The position numbers were made by a program, and so were the translations under genes. Of a DNA stretch of 64,000 nt, positions 50,314 through 63,600 are shown one piece after another. The DNA comes from Nageia nagi. Its lineage: Eukaryota > Plantae > Pinophyta. Position 1 is the stretch's first letter. Every line of letters starts with the position of its first letter. Below the pieces are notes generated by a model. That model did no database searches. It was not told where the DNA came from and saw only the letters and a program-made list of their open reading frames with translations. Location: assembly GCA_050084985.1 (NCBI GenBank), contig JBITNC010000001.1, positions 56,792,001-56,856,000 of the forward strand, given 5' to 3'.

Positions 50314-53300
50314 TGTTAGGATTCGCTATATAAAATATAGTTGATTAATTACTCTACTTTAAATCATAATAAAATAAGCAAACAAGATGAAACAAGAGAG
50401 AACAAAACTATGTAACGTAGTTCACCCAATGTGGCCTACATCCATAGAGAATATCTAGTACTTTGATTCAATCAATCCAAATCCACCAAGAGATACAACT
50501 AATAGCCAATTGCTATCCCTTTCTCTTTGGTTTCACAAAAAGAATCCTCACTACAATAGTCTCTCTCATAAGGATTTATCTTATCTTCCTATTTCTCACA
50601 TCTATGCAAATCTACAACCCAATTCCCTTCAAAAAGTTTTAATTATACAATGAATCTTACATATTTATAGAGATCCAATCTTACATATATTTATAGAGAT
50701 TCAATCTTGCATATATTTATATAGATACATTATAAACTTATTTTTAGATAAACCTAGAGTGGAAATCCATGGATCAGGGTCACCGTCAAAGATAACCTCA
50801 ATTTACAATCTCAAAATAGCCAAAAAATGAGTTCATAGCTTAAAAATAGATCTTTTCCATCTTAGGACACGTGATCAGCCACCATTAGTTTGATTAGAAT
50901 TGAAATCCAATCATACGGATGATCCTATTGATGGATCCCCTCCTAGTCAATTGACTCGTATCATCCTCCTGTCTATTGATTGCAAATCTTGATTGGCCTT
51001 GTGCATGTTGACTTCAAAATAGAGAGTTGAAACATGTAAGTTAGCTAAAAAATTAATCTCAATTCCTATTAATCTCCCACTTTGATATTGATTTCTTGCA
51101 ACACCCTACAACCTTGGATCTAGATATTCTCTTCTTGATCTCTTATTCCTTGAGATCAACCAAAATTGAGCACAAGATCAACTTCTCCTTTGCAGCTTCA
51201 CAAAATCCTTCATCCAAATTTTCCATGAACATTAACCAATTCATACTTCCCACTTCATGGGTCATACCACCATCTTATGCAAATACTTTTATTCTAAGCC
51301 TTTCCTTGTATAATCTTTTTTCCTCCACTTTCTTCCTACATACACACACATCATGTAAACTTTCCATACTTGTAGGTAGCTTACTCATCCCAAGCTCCCA
51401 CTCCTTCGTGGATTTCTTTTGCATCAAACACTCACCACCATCAATATATAACACACATGAAACTACGAGAAAATTATGGCTTTTCCTTTCACATATTTCA
51501 ACATCCCTTTTTGGAGTTTTCAAATCTTAATGTTGAAGACCTCCTTGCAACTTTGATATCCATATCTTCTTCTTATTCTTGTAAACATCCTTTCCAACCC
51601 TCTTATTATTTTCATCAAATCCTACTTCATCCTTTTTCACTTTTCCAAACTTGTGATGATCCTTGACTATATTCCCATCTATAGGAGCTAAATCTATTAG
51701 CATTTTTAGAAATGTTAATAAGAAAATATAGCATACAAAACATATCACCTCTAGCAACAATCATCTTATTATTGAATCCAACCATATATCCCTCACCATC
51801 AAGTGTGTTTGTCAAAATGAAATTCCTTTTCAAATCTAGGATGTACCTCACCTCCTTGAGCACCCATTGATTTCTGTTAGGCAACTTGATCTTGATCTTT
51901 CCCATATCAACAATCTTACACTATTGATCATTACACAATGATACTTGTCCAAAATCACCTTGAACATACTCTATAAAATATTACTTGTGAGAATTTGTAT
52001 GGAAAGAAGTATTTGAAGCTATAATCCAATAATCATCATGCATATCAAAAAGAGAATATCAAATCATCTTGTAAAATCTCAATGACCATAGTAGCCTCAT
52101 GATTATTACCTTCATTTCCCTCTTTTTCATCTACCTTCCTGGACCAACAATCTCTTTTTAAGTGTTCCTTCTTCCCACAATACCAATACTCCATATTAAC
52201 TTTTCCCTTGGAGTGGCCTTCTACTCTTCTTTGATTCTAATTTTCATCTCCATCCCTTTATCTTCCCTTATTCTCAATAAGCAGTGCACCAGGATAACCA
52301 ATTATTTTTCCCATGATTTTCTTTGCATGTTCTCACTAGGATGCCCACCACATCATCAAATGCTAACTTGTTAAAAGCTGAAGTAAAGTTACTAATTCCA
52401 ACTATTTGGTAATTAATACAACAACAAGGCCCTTACTTCATTATCAAAATATAAGCTCACTAAATGAAATTAGTTATTAATAATATTAAATTCATTCAAG
52501 CGGTTTGAAATGGATTCTCCTTCAACCAAGATAGATTTTTCATGATAAATACCTTGTTTTATGTTGAGGTATTTTCTTAAAATTTGGCTAATTTTTCCAT
52601 GATACCTTTTGTAATATTTTCCTCCAAAATATTTAAGACAATCGTTGCTCCTAGGCATAACCTCACTACACCTAATGCCTTTATATCCATGAGATTCTAA
52701 TTCTAATTTGACATACTTGAAGATTTTTTTGTCTTTCTCTCAAGAGTTAAGAACAAATCCTTTTGGTACAAGTATTCCTCCATTTACATCTTCTAAAACT
52801 AAAAAAAATTGGTAATTAAACCTTACCATCTTGGACCTCCCTCCTTCTACCAATGCTCCTACTCAATCAAAAACCCTTCCTTCCTTTCTATCAAGTGCAT
52901 CCAACAAAAAAAATAGCTACTCTGATACCACTTTTTAGGATTAAATATATAAAATATAGTTAACCAATTAGTCTACTTTAAACCATAAAAAATTAGTAAA
53001 ATAAGATCACACAAGAGAGAACAAAACTATGTAACATGATTCACCCAATGTAGACTACATCCTTGAAGAATATCTAATGCCTTGATTAAATCAATTCAAA
53101 GCCACCAAGAGATACAAAAAACAATTATATCTTTCTCTTTGGTTTTACATAAGAAATCCTCACTACAATAGTCTCTCTCATAAAAATTTATCTCCTCTTC
53201 CTATTTTTCACACCTATGCAAATCTACAACCCGATTCCCTTCAATATTCTTAATTCTACAAATGAATCTTACATATATTTATAGAGATCTATTACAAAAT

Positions 53301-55762
53301 TATTTTTAGATCAAACTAGAGTGTAAATCTATGCATTATGATCAACATCAAATATAACCTCAATTCGCAATCTCAAAATAGTCCAAGAGTAAGTTCTCAT
53401 ATCAAAAATAGATTTTTTCCATCTCTAGACTCATGATCATCCACCATCATATTGACTGCAACTAAAATCCTAATTAGTCAGATGATCCAGGTGAATATTG
53501 GTGGCCACTTGCTTATTCCACTACATCTCTATATTTATGGTTATATGTTTATTCTATTGCGTTCCTACGTAAGTCTGAATCAGAACCTAAAAAGGGGAAT
53601 GAAAAAGGGAAACAAATTATTGATGCAGATCCCAACGCCATTGTTACCACTACAAAGGTCCAGAAGGAGGAATTGGAAGATCCAGAGGAGGAGGAACATC
53701 TCTTCCACTCCCAAATGTGGGTAAAGGGCTCCCCTGTACAGTTCCTTATCGATAATGGGAGCCAAAAGAACCTCATTTCAGAAGACACTATGAAGCGATT
53801 AGGCTTACTGACCACCGCTCACCCACATCCATACACCATCGGGTGGCTTCACCAAGGACAAGATCTTCATATCAGCTAGCAGTGCCACCTTCCCTATAGC
53901 ATCAAGCCCTACACGAATGAGGTATTATGTGACGTTGCTCCTATTGATGCTTCTGATGTATTATTAGGACAACCATACTTATGGAAGCGTCATGCTGTGT
54001 ATGAGTCTCGACCTTGTGCTGTTATTATTACTTTGGGAAATAATTTGTATAGGATACTAGAGGTACCACCTCCTACAGTTATCTCCTTGGTTACTACAAA
54101 ACAATGCAATAAGCTCATTTCCCAAACTAGGAAATTCATTTTCCTGATGATCCGCCCTCAGGGCAAGAAGAAGACTATGGCCATGACCTCCAGATAGGGC
54201 CCCTCTGCATAATAACAACAAATGGATAAGGTTATGGAAGAGTACAAGGACATCTTCACCTCACCCACACTGCACTGTCAGGTCAAGCACCTGATTGATC
54301 TGACCCCAAATGCACCACTACCTAATGGACCGATCTATTAGTGCTCTATTCTAGAAAATAATGAAATCAAGAGGTAGATTTAGGTCGATTCAGCTCACAT
54401 CCAATCTAAAGTTGACAAAGCAAGTAGCTTCATCGAGCACATTCAACACATCCACCAACAGGTTCATGATATATTGGATAGAGCTAATGCAAAGTACAAG
54501 CAGTGCCATGATCAACATCGGGTGCCACACAACTTCTAAGTGGGAGATAAAGTATGGCTACATTTGCAGAAGGATCACCTCACTAGACCCCACTGCAAGC
54601 TTTGCTCGCTCTGATATAGGTCGTACACCATCACCAAGGCTATAGGGAACAATGCTTTCAAGCTTGGGATTCCACCATTCTATGGATTGCACCCAGTCTT
54701 CAATGTGGATTGCCTTCGTCCTTACTTCCCACCTTTACTGGACACTTCGAACATTGCAGAACAACTCACACCAATAGAGTTAAACCCAAACTGCATGGAA
54801 TAGGCCACCATAGATTGTATCATGGACATGCAAATCAAGAACACTCATCAACAGAGGATCCAACTGCATCGGGTTGTCAAAGCTAGCCAACTCTTGCACC
54901 AAGGAAAGTGGTTCATCAAGGACCAAGTTCAATAGAAATTTCCTCATCTCATGGAGGAACTTAACGCAATGGGGACCATTGATTTCTAAGGAGGGAGAAA
55001 TGATCCAGGTGGATATTGGTGGCCACCTGCCTATTCCACTTAGGCCCCCACCATTGTCTCTTTCAGTTTGTCAGTGTCAGCATAACTTACTATTTTTAGC
55101 AATTTTGGGTCCTGAACTTTTGGAGCCGTTTCGAGGCCCTAAATGACATTTTTTGGGCATCATCATTCATCATTTCATGAAATGAAATTCATCCTAAAAT
55201 TTGTATTTCTCAGATAGAGCTTTCTAACGAGGTATCATGTGCATCAAACGGAGATAGTATGCAAAAGTTACGCCCCTGGGAAGTTGAAACACCAATTTAC
55301 CCAGATAGGGCCCATAGTTTTGGTGCTTCATCTCCTAGGGTTAGGTTTTTTGGATGTTTAGGGTTCTCCATTGTCTCTCAATAATAAATAGGCCCTCGAG
55401 CCTCATTGTAATAGAGTTCAGAAGCCTGTAGCCATAACATCTCTTCTCAAAGATAGCTACCAATGCTCTAGCTAGTTTTATTTCCAATATGTCTGTAAGC
55501 GAATTTCATTCTATGACTTTAATGGAATGAAGTGTTATTTCCACTACATCTCTATATTTATGGTTATATGTTTATTCTATTGCATTCCTACATAAATCTG
55601 GATCATCATATGATCCTCATGATCAACCTTGTCTTGGCCATTTGATCTTGATTGACCTCATGCCTGATGACTACAAATCTTGATCAACATTGTGCATGTT
55701 GAGTGCAAAATAATGAGCTAAAACACGTAAGTTAGCCAAAAAATCAAGCTCGATTCCTAACA
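50314..55762 (-). mobile_element. Old internally deleted Ty1/copia (gag plus protease, no intact IN/RT); 5' LTR interrupted by a gypsy
   Basis: LTR 50314-51071 followed by reverse-complement PPT atctcccactt. Reverse-complement PBS ctctgatacca at 52920-52930. Second LTR 52933-55762, split at 53483-55605. Minus-strand EGESISNRLNEFN and MGKIKIKLPNRNQWVLKEVRYI are homologous to the young copia. TSD not cleanly preserved. Confidence 0.85.
53483..55605 (+). mobile_element. Collapsed Ty3/gypsy (CRM-like chromovirus) nested in the copia LTR
   Basis: 3' LTR 55001-55605 (TGATCCAG...CTGGATCA) after PPT gagggagaaa. 5' LTR reduced to 53483-53582. TSD tcaga/tcata. Protease IDNGSQKNLIS, PYTIGWL, VLLGQPYLW; integrase tail GLHPVFNV. 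Confidence 0.88.
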
Positions 55763-58068
55763 TATGTTATTGAGTACTCAAATTTATACTAAACCAAAAA
55801 AATAACTTTATCATCAATGCACTCGAATTGAATATTACTTAGTGAGATATTATTCTCCAACAATTCATATATTCATTTCTTTAAATATTTTCTCACTTCC
55901 CTTTTTACCTAAGGTGATGTGTATCTTTCAATAACTTCATTCTCATTATAGAAATTTGTAAATAATTATTTGCAATATCCTATGTAGCTAAAAATATATC
56001 TTAATTGTGCATAAATTGTTCATTAGCAAGGAATAGTTCATCATGTTCTCTATCTTTATCTATGTGGTACCAATATAGGTCATGCTCCATGAGTAAGCTA
56101 ATGTAGTTACATATAGAATAATATTATTTGATATGTTATTTTGTTTAGTAATAAAATATAGAAAATCTATTGAATTTTTCTAAAGAGTGCATGCTTATTC
56201 ATGGTATTTGAGTTCCTATATTTTCATGTTTAGTAATAAAAAAGGAAAAGTTATTGAATTTTTTTGATTGGAGTACTATGAGCTTGCATGTATATCAGGC
56301 ATCCATTTTCATTCTTTTTTTGTTGTGATTTTTCCTATGCAAGATGTTTCTTTGATTTTATAGATAAAAGATTTTTTTTTAAAATTTATATTGATAATTA
56401 ATGTAGCTTATGCTATCTAGATTGATTTGAATCCAAATTATACTTATTGTATGTATTTTGTAACCATGTGGGTGAAATGCTTTCAATATTTCTCACATGC
56501 AAATAAAAAAACAATTACCTCCTTTGAGTCTTACAGAAAAAAGGTTAAGACATTTGAGAGGAGTTTAGATTGGTTATTTTACACAATTCTCAAGTGTGTG
56601 GAGGTATAGTATAAAAATAAAGATATGCTAAAAGTCTATTGAGTTTTGGAATAACTAGATAAGAAACATAAAAATCTTGAAACTTCAATAGAGAAATATC
56701 ATAGTATTCTTGATTCTAACTTTTCTTACCATGAAAGTATTCCTAATTCATATTAGGTAAATATTTAAACACATCAGTCCAATAAATATCTTATTACCAT
56801 GTGTGGTTTTGAATTTTTTTCATGTGATTGTATGTGGGCCTTATAAGGTAGCATTTGCAAACATGTCATGAAGATTACAACACTTGATCTAGAAGACCAA
56901 TGAATAATGAATTTGATTTGAAAGTGTTATCTCATATTGAACATACCTTTGAGGTTATCAAGTTTTATTGAGTGTTTTATCTCATGTTCAACATGTTGTG
57001 AGCTCATCAGGTTTAATCAAAACTCCCAAGTCCTATATAACCAACTTGTCCTTTCTTTTCCTTGGAAACACAAACTCCATGAGTCTCTTGAATTCTTAAA
57101 TACCATGGTTGAAAATCCATCTCAATATCCAATAAGTGATCATAAACTTATATCTATAGTTACAAAACTATGTGACCATGTTGGTGATGAAGGATCAATT
57201 GGCCATGAATTTGTGCCCAATTCTTTGAAAAGAAAAAAGATTTGGCTATATCATTTGTATAAAAGTAATAAAGGATCATAAGAAATATTTCCTATTCATC
57301 TTAATATTGATGTGAGAGAGAATAATGTATATTACATCCCTATTTTGAAAGAATATGGTTATATACTCAACCATTTTCATTTATTTCTCCCACAAGTTCA
57401 AAATGGTTAATTATGAATTGTAATAGTTCTGTATTTATAATTTTCATTTTCTTGTTTATATGTTAATGTTTACACATAAATTTGTATTATATTTTTGGTG
57501 TTACAAATAAGACTACACAATCATGTCATCATGATAAGATATCATTCCAAGGGTAACCATATAACGGGAATTATAATCCTTGACAACATTTTTAAATTGG
57601 AAAAATGATGTATGATGTATTAGTTTTTATCACAAAGTTTAAATTGGGAAATAGACATAACAGTATTAGATGGTAAATAATTTTGATAAGGAGTAATGGT
57701 ATTCTACCTACATAAGTCTTGTATAAGGTTACTAGAGGGCCTTTCAAAAATCCAAAAATTTATACTCTTTTACCCTATAAATAAAAAATGAGGCATTATT
57801 TACATGATATGTTTTTACTATTACTCCAAAAATAACTAAATCAATTCAAATTGTAAATACTTCATACAATTCAAAATTTTTAATTTGTCATAACTAACCT
57901 ATTTAATGTTATCATATGACCATAATTAGGATTGATCAACTCTTGCATATCACAAACTACATGCACTTTAGTCCTAAAATATAAAACCATAAAAAAGTGT
58001 AAATCATAAAATATGTTTTACAACTTTAAAATGTATAAGAAACTTTTGTAACTTTAAAATATAAAAAT

Positions 58069-58480
58069 ATGATACCAATGTGATCCTATGGGGATACCAA
58101 TGTGATCATATGGGGATAGCAATCTGATGAGCAACTTTTTCAACTTTAAAAGATAAAAATAGGATACCAATACGACCCTACGAGGATACCAATATGATCC
58201 TATGGGGATACCAATGTGATCCTGCAAAACCAATGTGATCTTGCAAAGAAATACAAATGTGATCTTGCAAATAAATACCAATGTGATCTTGTAAAGAAAT
58301 ACCAATGTGATCTTGCAAAGAAATACCAATGTGATCTTGTGGGAAATACCAATATGATTATCCTATATCAATCACTAGTTTTCACCACATGAACTTCAAT
58401 CCTAAAATATAAAAATGTAATACCAATGCAATTCTTCAAAAAATACCAATACAATTCTATGTGTAAATACCTATGTAATC
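58069..58480 (+). repeat. 22-24-bp minisatellite (ATACCAATGTGATCTTGCAAAGAA-like), >10 copies
   Basis: Adjacent copies of ataccaatgtgatc with no unique spacers. Confidence 0.85.
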
Positions 58481-58579
58481 TTGCAAGTTTTGTATGAGCA
58501 TTTTTTGCACCTTTTTCTACGTCCATGCTTTTTTGTGGAAGATACATCATATTAAAAAATATAGAAAATTTAGTTTAAT

Positions 58580-58890
58580 AACATGGATGAGGACTATAAT
58601 GCTTTAATAACATTAGAAATTGGATTATTCCTTCGATGAATCATTGTGCATACATTATTGACCTTCTTGGTCATGTAGGCTATCTTAAGGAATCCTTGAA
58701 CTTCATTTCTAAAATACCAACAAAACCTAAATGGATGTATGGATGTATGTACTTGGTTCTTTTTTATCACATGAGAATGTAGGAATAGGGAAGTTGTGGT
58801 AACAATCTATTTTTTTTTAGATCCTAAATATGCTTCATCCTATATAATTTCAAATATTTTTGTTCAAATTTGGGAATATATAAAAGGTGT
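58580..58890 (+). pseudogene. PLS-PPR S2/E-domain fragment
   Basis: IIPSMNHCAYIIDLLGHVGYLKESLNFISKIPTKP..VWMYVLGSFLSHENVGIG matches the consensus P..EHY.CMVDLLGRAG.L.EA..FI..MP..P...VW..LL.AC..H.N. Confidence 0.85.
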
Positions 58891-60374
58891 GTGTATTGTT
58901 TGACAATATGCAATAAATAAACACCATCCTAATTGACTAGTTTAGAACTAGATTAAATAATTTTTACAAGCATTAGTTTGGTATGTGCAACTTTTATAGC
59001 TTTAATATGGGATAAAGTTTTGTATATGTAACTTTTTCAAGTGTTTTATTTAAAAAATGTTTTGTATGTACATAATTGTTTTACCAATATCCAATAAATA
59101 ATACATAATATTTTTTTATCAATAAGGTGAAATTGTATTAATCAAATTACAAGGAGTTTTCAAAGGATCTCTAAAAAACTTTTACAACAAGAATTTGCTA
59201 TGAAAAGAGAATTTTTATTATTGATATTAATAAGTTCATCATTACATTATCCCTTCCTATATGCAATAATTACCAATGTTGCATCCTTTTTCTCAAAGTA
59301 TTTACCCACCACTCAAGATGCATATTATTTACATATTGACTTCCATCACTCATAAAATGCTCTAAAAATTATGTTAGAAACCACAGATGATTTTCGAAAT
59401 CAACAAAGTTGGAAAGAGTTTTAAAATTCATATAATAAAAAAATAAAAAACCAAGTTGAGGCATGCAAATTTTATTTATCTTTTCTCTCATTCTTCAAAA
59501 AGTGGTTCAATAGAAAGAAGAGAATGAACATATAGAATAATACCTTTAATAGAGTCCTTTAGGTAATCATAATCAAGTAGCTAACCAATAACTAGATAGT
59601 ATCGCTTGAATTTACCTATTCAGTAAAAATAGAAATAATATTTGAATATCCAAATCATGTTATCAAATCCATTAATTAACTAGATAAAAACAATCATAGA
59701 AGTTTGACTTTCTAAACATAACCTTGAATGGATTGTGACATATTGGTAGTTACTCCATTGTATTTAAAGTGAATTTATGGATCCTCACTCCCAATGTTAA
59801 CTATATTTTAGTTTCTTATAGTTTATTAAATTGCATAAATGGACAATCCTCCTAATTTTTGACCATATGCTTATTACTTATATTTTTGTTTCCATTGTTG
59901 TCAATGGCATAATTAGGCCTCAATGCCAAAGATATGCAAGTGTAGTCATAATGAAGTTATACAATATTTGGTAGTGATGAAGTGTAATGCCATGCCATGC
60001 CAAATATGCTCTATGTATGAGAAGTATTCAATCAATATTTTTGGATATGTACAAGTTCTACCAAATGCTTTATTGAAACTTGAAGACTTGAATCTAGGAG
60101 CTGCAATCATCTTTTTGGAAGGAAAACATATTGTGTTAGAGTTTTGGTAGTATTTATAGGTATCTAGATTTGTACGAACTCATTAAAAATAAATACAAAG
60201 GAAAATACATTATTTGATGGAATTTTCTTGAACATACTTCGAACTAAATGGTCAAAACTCAAATCTCACAATTGGAGCACTTCATATGGTTAATTTCACT
60301 GTAATTCACCACAGTATATGATTAACCACAATCAAAAGGACTTGTACCAAAGAAAATAAAGTTATTTGATTTTC

Positions 60375-60642
60375 TTTTTGTTCTAATGGAATTTGGTCTT
60401 CTCATCTCTATCATATCTCTACCAAAATCAAATGCTCTGCAAAACATTTGAAAAAATGGCTAAGTATAATGTTATTATATTTTTTTCGCTATTCTAGCAA
60501 AGTTTGTCCATTCTAATACTACCGGATCTACACCAAAATCAAATGCTTTGCAAAATGGCTAAGTATAATATTATTCTAATTTACTATTATTTTGGAAAAA
60601 AAATTCATTCCAATACTACCAGATCTCCTCCAGAATCAAATA
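60375..60642 (+). repeat. Short degenerate tandem repeat, ~2.5 copies of ~110 bp
   Basis: accaaaatcaaatgct...aaaatggctaagtataat occurs twice, with a third partial copy. Confidence 0.55.
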
Positions 60643-63600
60643 GAGTTATGCGATTAGACAAGGGCCTATGCAGACAAAAATACGCTTATGTGGAGAGATA
60701 CCAAAGGTGGTCAAAGGTATTATGTGGTGGTAAACAAGTTATACAAATATGAAATAGGTTATGTGATCATGCAACAGGTTATGCAGAGATCCTAAATTAA
60801 GCCTCAAATGATAGTTACAACATCGACAAGTAAGTTGAGAGCTCGAATAGAGACTTAGGAAGGAGATATGAAGTTGAAATGGGTAAATATAATGTTATGT
60901 AGATATTTGAAACCATATGTGGAATAAAAGAGGGTTATGCAGTCAAATTTTAATGCAATCAAATTTGATTTCAAATTTAAAATATGAAAAAGTAACCATG
61001 AAGGCCAATGAGAAGTAGAGATCAGAATGCAACCAATGAGAAGTAGAGATCGACATGCAACCAATAGGAAGAAAGAATCATGAATGGGTATACATTTGCA
61101 ATTAGAAGTGAGTAAAATAAGAAGAATTGTGAATATTAGACAAGTGAAGAGAAGTATGTGGTGATATGTGTGTAGGAGGAAAGCATAAAAAAATAGATTA
61201 TATGAACTTGAATCATTGAGGATTCTGTAATAGTGAAGACATTTATATGTCAACCCTTTTTATTATGATTGAAAAGGCTAAGTAGGTGCTTAATCAAAAT
61301 TTGTAGCTACTTTGTAGTGGTTGCTACAAAAAAAGGTTAGTTGGTGCTAATCCTAATAGTGGATGTTGTCTAATATTGTAAGAGGTCAACCATTTTTGCC
61401 AAATTTTATTAGGAGATCATGCATTCCATTTGACATAGTGGTTTTTTTCACATTAGGTTTCCACTATAAATATGATGTTGAATGCTTTATGAATGGTTAC
61501 TTTAATTTCAAATTGATTTTTGGTTATTTTTATCTTTGAAATAAGTCTACAAATTTAAAAATACACTAATTAGCCCCCCTCTCAATGTCTCTACTAGATC
61601 CATAATTGGTATCAGAGCTAGACTCTTATAAGGTTTAACTGACTAAGGAGATTCAAGGAGTGGAGTTATGGTAAGCATTGAAGGATTCTCATCTAACAAA
61701 GCATCTCTTTTTTATGGTACAAACTATGCTTATTGGAATATCAAAATGTAAATCTACCTCAATGCTCTAGGTTATGATATCTAGGAAGAAGTTACTAACA
61801 TATATATGGTTCCTTCTACTCTTCCTATGGATGCAGTTGGAAAAATGTTTAAAGAATGCCATCATGTGTGGACTATTGATAGTGAGCTCATAAAATTCAT
61901 GGGATACAAGAGTGCAAAGCAAATTTGGGATAAACTAAAGAGCATTCATGAAGGTGATGCCAAAATAAAAGAGACAAAGCTGCAAACATTCAAAACCTAA
62001 TTTGAAAGTTTAAAAATGAATGAAGGAGAGGATGTAGCCTCATATGTGCTAAGGGTAAATGAAGTAATCACTATAATTCAAGGACTTGGAGATGAAATTG
62101 AAGATTTTGTTATTATTAAGAAGGTGTTGAGATATTTATCCCCATGATTTGATTCAAAAGCTTTAGCAACTAAGGAAGCTAAATATCTCAACATCCTTAC
62201 CTTGGATGAATTGTATGGGTCTCTAAAAGCCTATGAAATGAGCATTGGAAAAGGAAAAAGTTATAGATCAATAAGTTGGGTTCAAAGTATCCAAGAATAT
62301 CAAAGAGAAATTTGAATATGAGTTAGCAAATGCATCAGAAATAGAAGAGTCTAATTTTGTTAGAAGATTAAGATGGGATTAAGGAAAATGAAAATTAAAT
62401 CTCCCATTAAATGCTTTAACTATGGTGGAATAGGAAAGTTTGCCAAAAACTATCCCTATAAAGAAAAGGATAGTGAAAATCAATTTGATAAAAACATGAG
62501 GAAAACTACCTATAGGAAGAAGAGTTTTATAACTCAAGACTATGAAAGTAAAAATGATGAAGCATGAATGAAGAATCCAAAGAAGAATAATAAGAATCAC
62601 TTTTTCTAGCAGAAGAAATTAGTGCAAATGAATTAAAGAGAGAAAATGAAAATGATGTGGAAGAGCTAGAGTTAGTGGTCGATCTTGAAGGGGAGCTAAT
62701 ATCAGCCTTAGATGATTTGGATATTGAGAGGAAAAAGAATAAGAGATTAAAAAAGAATCTTAAAGAAGCAAATGCTATAATTGAATAGCTAAAAGTTAAG
62801 GATAAAGAAGCACAAATAATTGAAGAATCATTACAGAGAAGTTAGCTAGAAATCTAAATACATGCCAAAAACATGAGGAAGAAATCATTGGGCTAAGACT
62901 CAAAATTGAAAATTTGGTTCAGCAAGCAAATACTAATTATATATTTGTAAAAATTGGAGTGAGATCGGATGAACTTATTCAATTGAAAAGATATTCACAC
63001 ATCAAATTTGGTATAGGATTTGAATCTAGAGAATTGTTAAGCTTGACGGATGAAGAACATCTCAAGAGCAATTCTAAGTCGCCAATTCTAAGTCACCTAT
63101 GAAGAATCAGCAACTCAAGTCAAAATAAGATCATGTAAAAAAAATAGCCAGTGCAATATCATTCATCTAATAACTCAACCAGGCACCAATCATTCAAATA
63201 GGAAGAACGAAAATAATGATGAAGGTTTTATTAAAGTTTATAGACGATTAAGGAAGGCACCAAGGAGGGTCATTAATAGCCATTATCAACAAAATAAGTC
63301 ATTTAGTCCTTATTTTGGCTATCATTATTGTAGCAATTATATTTTTGAAGGATATTGCTTTAAGTGTAATTAGTTTGGCCATAAGAAAGCTAACTATAAA
63401 ATGAATAATAGACCAATTAACTTCATGCATATACAGTTGCCACAAGCTAGGTCATACTACCAGACAATGTAGAAGAAAGCCAAAAATTTACCAGAATAAT
63501 AGTTTCAAAATGTGAGAAATGGCCATCTATACAAAAAATAATACAACCACAACCAAAGGAAGAGAATGCAACATTTGTACAAGGAGTTAATTCTAAATAT

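Noticed and set aside
55335-55350. Telomere-like ctagggttaggttt
   Set aside because: Only one or two degenerate units inside an LTR
58069-58480. CRISPR-like appearance of short regular repeats
   Set aside because: Units are adjacent with no unique spacers, there are no cas genes, and the context is eukaryotic; it is a minisatellite
59923-60150. LRR-like phrase LPNALLKLEDLNL
   Set aside because: A single short motif, too weak to call a gene fragment
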